Below, piece after piece: positions 35,183 to 43,506 of a stretch of DNA of 64,000 nucleotides; within the stretch, counting starts at the first letter, position 1, and each line of letters starts with the position of its first letter. Where the stretch lies: the IMG/VR virus record IMGVR_UViG_3300031251_000970, positions 1 to 64,000 of that record. One strand, 5' to 3'. Origin of the DNA: a virus. The translations under genes and the position numbers were made by a program. Under the pieces are notes generated by a model. The model saw only the letters and a program-made list of their open reading frames with translations. It did not search any database and was not told where the DNA came from.

Positions 35183-36997
35183 CTATCCGGCGTTTCCAAG
35201 CATCTTGGCAACGTATTCTTGCTCAGTCATCTCCAATTGGTCGCGAACGGTTTGAATCGCCAAATCGAGCAATCCGGGACACGGGTCGAACCAGTTGATT
35301 TTGAATGCGAGACCTGTTTGAACCGCTTTTGTCGCCGCAATTCGATAGGTCTCCCAAGAAGTTTCCTTCATCTTTTCCCGCAACCGAAACACGATATCGT
35401 TTCGATTCTCCTCGCAGCCTGTCGGCCCCCACTGATTCATTTTCTGAATCCAGTCGATGCAGCCGAAACAGGCTTCGATACCGATGGACTTCAATATTTT
35501 CGCAACCTCTGTTCCGACTCCCTGCGAGATCGGAATGCTTGCCTTATGAACTGGCTGAAACGGCAAAACCTGAACTGGATGTTTTTTCGCGTACGATTCC
35601 GGGTCGACGATTTGATCGGCATCTTGCCAATACGATTCGGGATTGATTCGACCGTTGATCGACGAAAGTCCGCTCGCTTGGCCGCACATCCATTCGCCGG
35701 GAATGCGAACTTTGATTCCGCCGATTTCGTGCAAATGTCCCATGTGATGATCTATGTGAGACGGACTGCCATCGCTGTTCGGCGGGAAGGGAGTATTCAG
35801 AAAATGCTTGTACAGTTTCTCGAATCCGCTCCGATGAACCGCATAGGCGTGAGTTCGATTCACATTGTAGGGGATGAATGATTCCGACGAGAATCGTTTC
35901 GGCGGGAATTGTTGTTCGGCGAGCATCTGCCCTCCGAGATACGCCTGCTCCCAATTACTCTGAATATCCGACATGAATCGGTCGAGTCGATCTTCGAATT
36001 GATCTCGGAAAATGACGTCATCTTCGAGGATCAAAACCGATTCGACGCCGTCACTGAAACATCTTTCGATGATCGCCAAATGGCTTCGATAACAGCCAAA
36101 TGCACCTCCGCCCGCTTTCCACCAATCTGGAATCGCGATCTTGTCCGCATCGATCGCCGAGAAAACTTCGTATTTCATCCATTTCGGACATCTCGATTTG
36201 AAGGCTTCCAAACGCTCAGGCCGCGATTTCAGATTGATGACAAACGTTTTCTCGAACGGCGATTTGAACTCGGTTCCTTCTCCGAGAAACTTGAGATTCT
36301 GAAAGAAGTCGATCGATTTGTCTTGTCCATTGATGTCGGAGACTCCGCCCCGTTGTCCGACCAGCCATTTCTCGTGGGCGTAGACCTTGAATTCGCTCAA
36401 ATGGCGATTCAACGCCCAATCGCAATGATCCCGATGACCCTTCGACCAAATCGTTTCAAGTTTTTCCATCCCGCTTCGAGAGAGGGCGTAGGCATGAAGC
36501 CGGTCGGTTGAAATTGGCCGCACGAGTCCGGATTCGATTCGATAGGGTCGCTGTCGATGTTCGCCGCCAAAAAAGGCGAGTTCCCAATCTGTCGGCAGGT
36601 TTTCAATAAACCGCTCCGCCTTGAACTCGAAGCTGTCGCAAAACGTCGCGTCGTCCTCCAAGATGAGGATTCGCTCGCAACCCTCCCGCAATGCCTTCCT
36701 GACGCATCCTAGATGACTTTGGCCGCACGCATAGGCGGCAGAACCATGATCGAAGTTCTGAACTTGAACCGTTTCGCCATCGATTGCCGTGAAAAACTCT
36801 GGATCGGCATAGAACGGCCATCCTTTCGCGAATTCGGCTTTCATCTGTTCGCGACGATCCGAACGTCGAGCGAGATTGATGACGAAAACTCGGTCGAAAA
36901 AGTTCGCAATCTTCATTTTCTCGATTCCGTCATCATTATCTTGCCAATCGTCGAAGTCATCGCTCCAAATATCGCGGGGAGGTTCGTCATCTGGCAT
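35183..36997 (-). CDS. Tandem GT25-like glycosyltransferase with a Cys-containing C-terminal domain
   Basis: Two copies of FVINL..R..R / C..SH / LILEDD / HAYA; C-terminal GVGTEV...CFGC...MNQWGPTGC; AAGGAG RBS before ATG 36997. Confidence 0.88.
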   Translation of the reverse strand: MPDDEPPRDIWSDDFDDWQDNDDGIEKMKIANFFDRVFVINLARRSDRREQMKAEFAKGWPFYADPEFFTAIDGETVQVQNFDHGSAAYACGQSHLGCVRKALREGCERILILEDDATFCDSFEFKAERFIENLPTDWELAFFGGEHRQRPYRIESGLVRPISTDRLHAYALSRSGMEKLETIWSKGHRDHCDWALNRHLSEFKVYAHEKWLVGQRGGVSDINGQDKSIDFFQNLKFLGEGTEFKSPFEKTFVINLKSRPERLEAFKSRCPKWMKYEVFSAIDADKIAIPDWWKAGGGAFGCYRSHLAIIERCFSDGVESVLILEDDVIFRDQFEDRLDRFMSDIQSNWEQAYLGGQMLAEQQFPPKRFSSESFIPYNVNRTHAYAVHRSGFEKLYKHFLNTPFPPNSDGSPSHIDHHMGHLHEIGGIKVRIPGEWMCGQASGLSSINGRINPESYWQDADQIVDPESYAKKHPVQVLPFQPVHKASIPISQGVGTEVAKILKSIGIEACFGCIDWIQKMNQWGPTGCEENRNDIVFRLREKMKETSWETYRIAATKAVQTGLAFKINWFDPCPGLLDLAIQTVRDQLEMTEQEYVAKMLGNAG

Positions 36998-37231
36998 GCA
37001 ATCCACTCCTTTAACCGCGAGATTCACTCGTGCGACCAACCGACATAGAGTTCGATGGCGTAACTCAGCTTTCGCATTTCAATGGATTCGCTGATGTCGA
37101 AATACGCATTGGAAGCGGAATTGATCATGGGACTGACATTGCTGCCGACTACCAGGATCACCCACAAGATAAATACCTCCGCGACGGGAATGGATTTCAA
37201 CATTTGATTGACCTTTCTGAGAAAATGAGTT

Positions 37232-37894
37232 CTATCCGAGACTAGAACAATAATACACAGTTACTCTCGCTCCGAAAATGCTCGGCGTTCGCGAAGACAG
37301 TGCCGTTGCATGAACTACGATTGCGAAACCGAAATTGCTTGCATTCACCTGAGCCCCGGTTACCGCCGTTCCCCACAGTTCCGAACTATTTCCGAACGAG
37401 ACGATCGCCGGCGGATTCGGAACGGAAACGATTAGCTTCGGTGTTGATGCGAGATTTGTTCCCGTTGTTGACCCGCCGATGACTAGATTCGCATGAGTGA
37501 CGTTCGTCGCCGTGCTGCTCGATTGGCCCATGATTTCTGCCATGATGCCCGTAACCGCTGCATCGGCTGGCAGTGCAAATCCGAAATTCGTGAAATAGAG
37601 CCAATCGGAATCCGATAGAGCCGGAATTGTTACCGTTGCAGCTGCCGCCAATCCGAACCAGTTCGTTGATCCTTCAGCATTCGTGACGTTGCTCCATGCT
37701 GTTCCACCAGCGAAAACGACATCCGCGGCGGTTCCGCAATAATCCGGACCGGCCGATAGTCCACATATTAACGGAATTGGAGCCATGCATGGAAAGCAAT
37801 CGAGACCTGATGGAGCAGGGATCGTCGAACGATGGATCACAGCCAGCACTGACGGACAGACCGGCGAAAATCCTTTTTCTGAGATGATTCGCAT
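37232..37894 (-). CDS. Putative distal tail / receptor-binding protein with shared Cys N-module
   Basis: N-terminal C..TIPAPSGLDCFPC; beta-rich TNFGFALP domain. Confidence 0.65.
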   Translation of the reverse strand: MRIISEKGFSPVCPSVLAVIHRSTIPAPSGLDCFPCMAPIPLICGLSAGPDYCGTAADVVFAGGTAWSNVTNAEGSTNWFGLAAAATVTIPALSDSDWLYFTNFGFALPADAAVTGIMAEIMGQSSSTATNVTHANLVIGGSTTGTNLASTPKLIVSVPNPPAIVSFGNSSELWGTAVTGAQVNASNFGFAIVVHATALSSRTPSIFGARVTVYYCSSLG

Positions 37895-37897
37895 GGT

Positions 37898-38476
37898 TTA
37901 CCACCAGAATTCCACAACGGAAGGGACTGGCGTTCCGAAAGGATAGGTAACTCCGTCAACTGTTACAGAGAAGGTATAGGTCGAATAATTTGTGTCTTTA
38001 ATATAGTTTTCTGCATAAATACAAGTTCCGCTGAATGTAGGGTCTATGAAATATTGTGATCCAAATCGAGTCCCCAAATAACAAGTGAAACACTGCGGGG
38101 GATTAGGAGTGTATGCGAAATATATGTAGAATCCCAATCCTGTCGGAACCTGAAAGGCATTCGCATCCAATTGTGCTCTAAATACGTTCCCCGTACTGAA
38201 AGGCAAATCATTCGCCCCATATGTGAGATAGTATATCGTTGATGCTGGAGCAATACTCGGATTGGCAGACGCAATATTGCTGAAGACTGTTGTCCTGCAT
38301 TTCAAGGTCTGCCAAGTCGCTGGTGGAACAATCTGATCGCACGCTAATAATGGCGGCGGCCGACTCATGCAAGGCCTGCATGACAAACCGCTTGGAACTG
38401 GTATCGTCTGTGCGTTCGCGATCTCTAGCGGAGATTCGCAAAGTGGGTCGAAATCGAATCCGCTGATTAACCTCAT
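37898..38476 (-). CDS. Putative distal tail protein with shared Cys N-module
   Basis: MRLISG...PLCES...TIPVPSGLSCRPC; ATGA-coupled; start moved to 38476. Confidence 0.65.
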   Translation of the reverse strand: MRLISGFDFDPLCESPLEIANAQTIPVPSGLSCRPCMSRPPPLLACDQIVPPATWQTLKCRTTVFSNIASANPSIAPASTIYYLTYGANDLPFSTGNVFRAQLDANAFQVPTGLGFYIYFAYTPNPPQCFTCYLGTRFGSQYFIDPTFSGTCIYAENYIKDTNYSTYTFSVTVDGVTYPFGTPVPSVVEFWW

Positions 38477-38622
38477 GATGAACTGCTCGAACTTGATGGA
38501 CCGACAGGAGTCACGCACGGTTTGCAATTCAATCCGGTAGGAGACGGAACGGTCTCGCGATTCATCATAACGAGCCGCGATTCGCAAAGCGGATTGAATG
38601 TTCCGAGGTTTTCCATTCGCAT
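38473..38622 (-). CDS. 49 aa peptide made of the Cys N-module plus poly-Ser
   Basis: MRMENLGTFNPLCESRLVMMNRETVPSPTGLNCKPCVTPVGPSSSSSSS; coupled at both ends. Confidence 0.65.
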   Translation of the reverse strand: MRMENLGTFNPLCESRLVMMNRETVPSPTGLNCKPCVTPVGPSSSSSSS

Positions 38623-39593
38623 CACAGCGTCTCCGCGATGCCAAGCCAGTCTGTTCCGCTGATCAGAACTGGAACGCACTTGAACGCCGGATTCCCCGAC
38701 CCGTCGGTATAAATCTGCCCTTGGAATTGATAGCAACCCGTGGCAGGCGATCCGCTCGAGGATGAGGAACTCGACGAAGATGATGATTGAGTCACGCAAT
38801 AAATACACGACACCCACGTACAAGCATCGGCCACGCAGCCCGTACTTGACGACGATGACGACGAACTTCCGCATCCGGTCGGGCATTGATACGTCAGCGT
38901 CACATATCCGCTTGGCGTAAAAATCGGATACGCCGTCCATGCTCCCGTGTTGATCGTGTATTGATAAGCCGCCCCATCCGGAGCCGATGAACATCCTCCG
39001 ACAGTCGCTTGGCTCGGAGTCAGGCAATTGAAGCAGTTGCAACATCCGCAACCCGTTCCACCTCCTCCTCCGCTTCCGCTTCCGCCCGTTGATGCGGTTC
39101 CTCGCATGAATATCGCGAAAACTCCGTCTGGAACGGACGTGTCTGAACTACTTGACCCGGCGAAGGAAGTTCCCGTAGGAAATCCATCCGCGAAGAACCC
39201 GCTGCCGCCGCGAGTGATGTACCACTTTCCAGACTTCGGTCCCCATTGTTCTCCGGGAGTAGGAACCGCAATCGTCTGATCAATCGCGACTTGAATTCTC
39301 GCATCGGCATAGGCTCGCCCATAGGATTTTCCAGAACTCCACCATCCGCTTGCCGCCGCTGAGGATGAGCTGGAACTCGATACGGTTGCTTTATCGATCG
39401 TTTCGTCCGATGTGACGAGAATATTCCCGCTGCTGCCGTCGTATTGTTTGACGTGTACGATTTGAACGGTCTCGCTTGTATCGGTTTCGGGAGTGTTCTC
39501 AACGTATGTGACCATCACGACTGAATAGGGCGGGATATCCATGCCGCTGTCGTTTTGGATGAGAACTGCGATCTCTGGTGTTTCCGCCGTCAT
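38622..39593 (-). CDS. Cys- and poly-Ser-rich tail-associated protein
   Basis: Several Ser tracts, a Gly linker and a Cys-rich C-terminal half; follows the hub-like gene. Confidence 0.7.
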   Translation of the reverse strand: MTAETPEIAVLIQNDSGMDIPPYSVVMVTYVENTPETDTSETVQIVHVKQYDGSSGNILVTSDETIDKATVSSSSSSSAAASGWWSSGKSYGRAYADARIQVAIDQTIAVPTPGEQWGPKSGKWYITRGGSGFFADGFPTGTSFAGSSSSDTSVPDGVFAIFMRGTASTGGSGSGGGGGTGCGCCNCFNCLTPSQATVGGCSSAPDGAAYQYTINTGAWTAYPIFTPSGYVTLTYQCPTGCGSSSSSSSSTGCVADACTWVSCIYCVTQSSSSSSSSSSSGSPATGCYQFQGQIYTDGSGNPAFKCVPVLISGTDWLGIAETL

Positions 39594-41512
39594 TCTGGGA
39601 ATCCCGTAAAGCCCGTACTGATACCGCCTCTCGCCATCGCTCCACGCTGACTCATCAACTCCTTGATGAGATTGAGTCGTTGATCGATGTTTCGCCTGCC
39701 ATCGCGTTGACGTCGTTCTGCATAAGGCGGAATGTCGAAATCGTGCTCGGTATTCACGGAGGCAATCGTATCGTATCCCTGTTTTCCAAGTCGATAGCTC
39801 ACTTGCTGAATCGCCCCATCCATGTCGATCGGGAACAATCCGTAATAGGTTCGGCTCCCCGTCGATTGCGTGATGAATTGCTGCGAAATCTGCTGAGCGT
39901 AATAAAGCGATTGCCTTTCCACTTCGTCCGCATTATTTGTAGTTTTTCCGACTGTCAAATCTTGATCGTACCGATAGATGTCAGGCTTCAGCGGATAGCT
40001 GGTAATGTACCACGGAAGGATATCGTTTTTCACGACTTCGAGGCAGAAATCTCTGTCGCCGCCACCGCCAAGTGGGTAGTAGTATTCGTTTCGAACCGGT
40101 TGCCATGTCACCAAATCGCGAATCTGAACAGCACACATCAACCACAATCGAGCGGGCTGATACGGATAGTCGGCCACGTTGTAGCCGGGACTGTTCGGAA
40201 CAGGGCGATAGATCATGATGTCCGAAAATGTGATGATCGTTCGATCGGAATCAATCGGATTGCATTGAAGATTAAAGCTCCGTTGCTCCTCCTTGCTGAT
40301 CTGAAGCGAGTTTCTGACCTGAGCATCGATTCGCGTGCCGAATGGGTAGTTATTACTCGGCCTTTGAGCTTTTTGGCCTCGGAATTGACCGAATACGAAG
40401 GCACTTCGCTTGTGCAGTTCTCCGTAGGGATCGGTATAGGATGTGACGAGTTCATTCGACAAGATCATCTGCTTGCGAAAGACTTTGCCGTATCCCGGAA
40501 CGAGGATTGATGCTTGATTCGGTTTTGGTGTTTTCGAAGATTGTCCGGTTTTCGGCGTAGAGCCTTGAGTCGTGAATTTCCCATACGGCTGCGGATCATA
40601 AATCCGAAATGCCTTAAAGATCGTTTCTACCGCGAGTTCTCGCGGGCTTTTCAGTGTTCCATCAGCCAAGGTTCGGCGATTCGCATCAATGGATTGAAAT
40701 CCGCCGAACATTCCCTGATTGAATCCCCATGCGGGCGGCACGTAATATTGCGTTCCAGGGCCGCGACCATTGTTGCTATAACTCAGTTCGTCGAGTTCTA
40801 CCCATGCTAAATCGGTATCTTTAGCGACAGGAGAGAGCCGAACGGCCATTTGAAATCGCACGGGAGCCGATACGATCTTGATGAAATCGGGAATCTCTTT
40901 CGGATCGATTCCGTCTCCCGCATCATTGAAGGGGAACGTCTCCGGCAGATTCGCTCCGACGCCAGTCACGCAAATCGTCCAAACTCCGGTCGATCGAATG
41001 GGAACGATTCGGCATCCGAGATCGTCACAAATCTTCGCCATTTCCTCCGCCGGATTCGCGTGATCCCAGTCAATGTCCGGTCTCGCATCATTCGGCAATT
41101 GCGATACGTCGTAGGCTTGAACTCCGAGAGCATCGAAGCACATCGAGACGAGCGTCTGCGGGTCTCTCTCATGGGCAGGGTCGACGAAATTATCCGGGAA
41201 TCGAATGTTGTACCGACCCGTGATATTCGCGTATTTCCATGACCACCGCTCATCCAGAAAACTAACCGTTACGATCTTTCCGCCGGAGTTTCGCTGATAC
41301 GAAAAGCTGTCCAATCGGCAATTCGGAAAGGTAATTTGATATTGATTGTATGTCAGTACGATGTCGCCATTGACGTCGGGAATCCCATACTGCGGATACA
41401 TTTCCAAGACGCCGCGAGAAGGCGTGATTCCGCTCACATCCGTAATCGAAAACGATTCGTACGCGACGACTCCCGGATACGAAAACTTTCCGAAATTTCC
41501 TCCGCTTGACAT
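39590..41512 (-). CDS. Putative baseplate hub / tail tip protein
   Basis: 640 aa, downstream of the tape measure gene; position-based call. Confidence 0.6.
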   Translation of the reverse strand: MSSGGNFGKFSYPGVVAYESFSITDVSGITPSRGVLEMYPQYGIPDVNGDIVLTYNQYQITFPNCRLDSFSYQRNSGGKIVTVSFLDERWSWKYANITGRYNIRFPDNFVDPAHERDPQTLVSMCFDALGVQAYDVSQLPNDARPDIDWDHANPAEEMAKICDDLGCRIVPIRSTGVWTICVTGVGANLPETFPFNDAGDGIDPKEIPDFIKIVSAPVRFQMAVRLSPVAKDTDLAWVELDELSYSNNGRGPGTQYYVPPAWGFNQGMFGGFQSIDANRRTLADGTLKSPRELAVETIFKAFRIYDPQPYGKFTTQGSTPKTGQSSKTPKPNQASILVPGYGKVFRKQMILSNELVTSYTDPYGELHKRSAFVFGQFRGQKAQRPSNNYPFGTRIDAQVRNSLQISKEEQRSFNLQCNPIDSDRTIITFSDIMIYRPVPNSPGYNVADYPYQPARLWLMCAVQIRDLVTWQPVRNEYYYPLGGGGDRDFCLEVVKNDILPWYITSYPLKPDIYRYDQDLTVGKTTNNADEVERQSLYYAQQISQQFITQSTGSRTYYGLFPIDMDGAIQQVSYRLGKQGYDTIASVNTEHDFDIPPYAERRQRDGRRNIDQRLNLIKELMSQRGAMARGGISTGFTGFPE

Positions 41513-41520
41513 CGCGAATC

Positions 41521-42762
41521 CTACGTAAAGACGATCGTTGTATTTCCGCCATGAGCAACGTTGACGCCGACTAACGAAGATGTCGCGAGGCTGAGAGTTC
41601 CGGAATTGACCGTCTTTTCAGGATCGTTGATCGTCACATTCTCCGAATAAACCTTGATTGGATTCGTAACAGTTTTTCCCCGCGTATCCCGTGAGCAATC
41701 GAGCGTTGCGGAACCATAGAGATTGATCGTTCCGATTGTGCCGGTCGTGCTCATGATCACAGTGCCGTTCAGAGCATTGACGGTTGTCGCCGTGATGTCT
41801 CGCAGCGTGAGCGTGCCCCCCGCAACTCCCAAACTGATCGTAGTCACATTCGATCCGATGGTCGCTGTCCCGCCGTTTTGCGTGATCGTCGTCAATGTGC
41901 ATCCCGAACCGCAATTCAGAATGACGTCCGTCTGCGGACTGTTGTTGTACCCGGTGTTGATGATCGGGAAAGTGGCCGTTGTCCCCTGATAATAGGCGAC
42001 TCCCACATCGCCCTGCGAAATATCGATTTCGCTCGAACCGTTTCCGCCGATGATCAACACCACGGGAGTATAGGTATCAACTCGCCTTCCCGTCGAAATC
42101 ACTCGAATCGTTGCCGTGTTCGCTCCGAATGCGAAATTTGCTTTCGTAATTGTCGGACTGTTTATCGTGACGGTCCCGCCCGCGAGCGTTAAGGATGTTG
42201 TTCTGTATTCCGCGTAGGACGTCTGGTTGTCGGTATTGATGAAGGAAAGGCCAATGTCGCCCGAGAATCCCGGCGACACGAGAACAGTCACTCCCGTTAA
42301 ACTCGAACCGAGATTGTATTTGCAATCGACATTTCCATTGTCGAATACGAGCGTGTCTGAATTCGCGGGAGCCGAGCCACCGGACCAGTTCTGAGCGTTC
42401 GTGAAATCGTTCGGACCGGTCGCCGATGTCGTGTGAGTAATCGCATACGTCGCACCGCCGCCGGTCGATACGGAAATCGTAGATGGCCTGCCCGCGAGAT
42501 TTCCCGTCGCTACGATCGTCGTAGAAACGATGACTGGAGTCAGTTCCGAGAATTCGGGAGGCGGCGGAACTGAGACCGATGTCCATGCCGCAAGAATTCC
42601 CGCCAGGACGGATGCGACAGTATCCCCGCCTCCGGCCGTATAGGTGATGGATTTACTGTTGATCGTCACGGAGTATGTTTGACTTGTGACGGTTCCGGAA
42701 AGTGTGATTGTCCAGACATCAAATGTTCCAGCGGCATTTCCGAGCCAACGCTTTACGGACAT
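41521..42762 (-). CDS. Thr/Gly-rich beta-strand virion protein
   Basis: GPNDFTNAQNWSGG..P..DT motif; located in the tail module. Confidence 0.65.
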   Translation of the reverse strand: MSVKRWLGNAAGTFDVWTITLSGTVTSQTYSVTINSKSITYTAGGGDTVASVLAGILAAWTSVSVPPPPEFSELTPVIVSTTIVATGNLAGRPSTISVSTGGGATYAITHTTSATGPNDFTNAQNWSGGSAPANSDTLVFDNGNVDCKYNLGSSLTGVTVLVSPGFSGDIGLSFINTDNQTSYAEYRTTSLTLAGGTVTINSPTITKANFAFGANTATIRVISTGRRVDTYTPVVLIIGGNGSSEIDISQGDVGVAYYQGTTATFPIINTGYNNSPQTDVILNCGSGCTLTTITQNGGTATIGSNVTTISLGVAGGTLTLRDITATTVNALNGTVIMSTTGTIGTINLYGSATLDCSRDTRGKTVTNPIKVYSENVTINDPEKTVNSGTLSLATSSLVGVNVAHGGNTTIVFT

Positions 42763-42771
42763 GTTCGATTC

Positions 42772-43494
42772 CTATCCTAATGCATTCGGCGAACCGATGA
42801 GGGGCGTGGCACTGATAAAATTGTAGGACCAAGTGATTCCGTATTTAATCGGATAACCCTTGATCGTCGTCGGGCTTCTCGTGACAACATTTGAGGCTGC
42901 ATTTCCGGACGTTTGCAACAGGTTCAGCCCAAATATCGGAGCCATTGGCGTCGGATTAGGACCGGACTGCTCCAGGATTCCCGATTGGGTGGCTTTGTAC
43001 CATGACGCCTGCGTGACCTGCTGCAACAGCGGAAGTCCGATTGCGGGAATGCGTTCGACATAGATCGGCAGCCCGAGATTGTCGGTGAACGAGATTTGTT
43101 CGTTGAAATTCAGAACATCCTGAGCCTTCGACCAGAGGAAATCCGCTTCCAATCCAAACGTATATCGCAGATAGGTGATTCCCTCTGCTCCAGCTAATCC
43201 CTCGTGACTCACTGGATTGGTGACTCTGCATCCTCCGAGAGCGTTTTGGCCTCCGAGTTGAAAAGGAGTTCCATTGAATCCGGCATTCGATCCGTCGACA
43301 TACAGAGCATTCTGGATCGCGGTGTATTCCGCCCAGATGTCGGATTGCAAGTTTCGGACGATCTTCCCTCGCATCTGCCAATTCACATGCAGCAGGTGTA
43401 AACGCTGAGTCTGACCGCGAGTGAATGTGCGATTGATGCTCGCATAATTCACCGAGTTGTCGTCGAACGTAAATGACCCGTAATAAAACTGCAT
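42772..43494 (-). CDS. Putative distal tail protein
   Basis: 240 aa immediately after the tape measure gene. Confidence 0.6.
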   Translation of the reverse strand: MQFYYGSFTFDDNSVNYASINRTFTRGQTQRLHLLHVNWQMRGKIVRNLQSDIWAEYTAIQNALYVDGSNAGFNGTPFQLGGQNALGGCRVTNPVSHEGLAGAEGITYLRYTFGLEADFLWSKAQDVLNFNEQISFTDNLGLPIYVERIPAIGLPLLQQVTQASWYKATQSGILEQSGPNPTPMAPIFGLNLLQTSGNAASNVVTRSPTTIKGYPIKYGITWSYNFISATPLIGSPNALG

Positions 43495-43506
43495 ATTTGA
43501 CTTGCT

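Noticed and set aside
37232-39593. Diversity-generating retroelement or invertible tail-fibre cassette
   Set aside because: No reverse transcriptase or invertase, no adenine-specific TR/VR pair and no inverted crossover sites seen.
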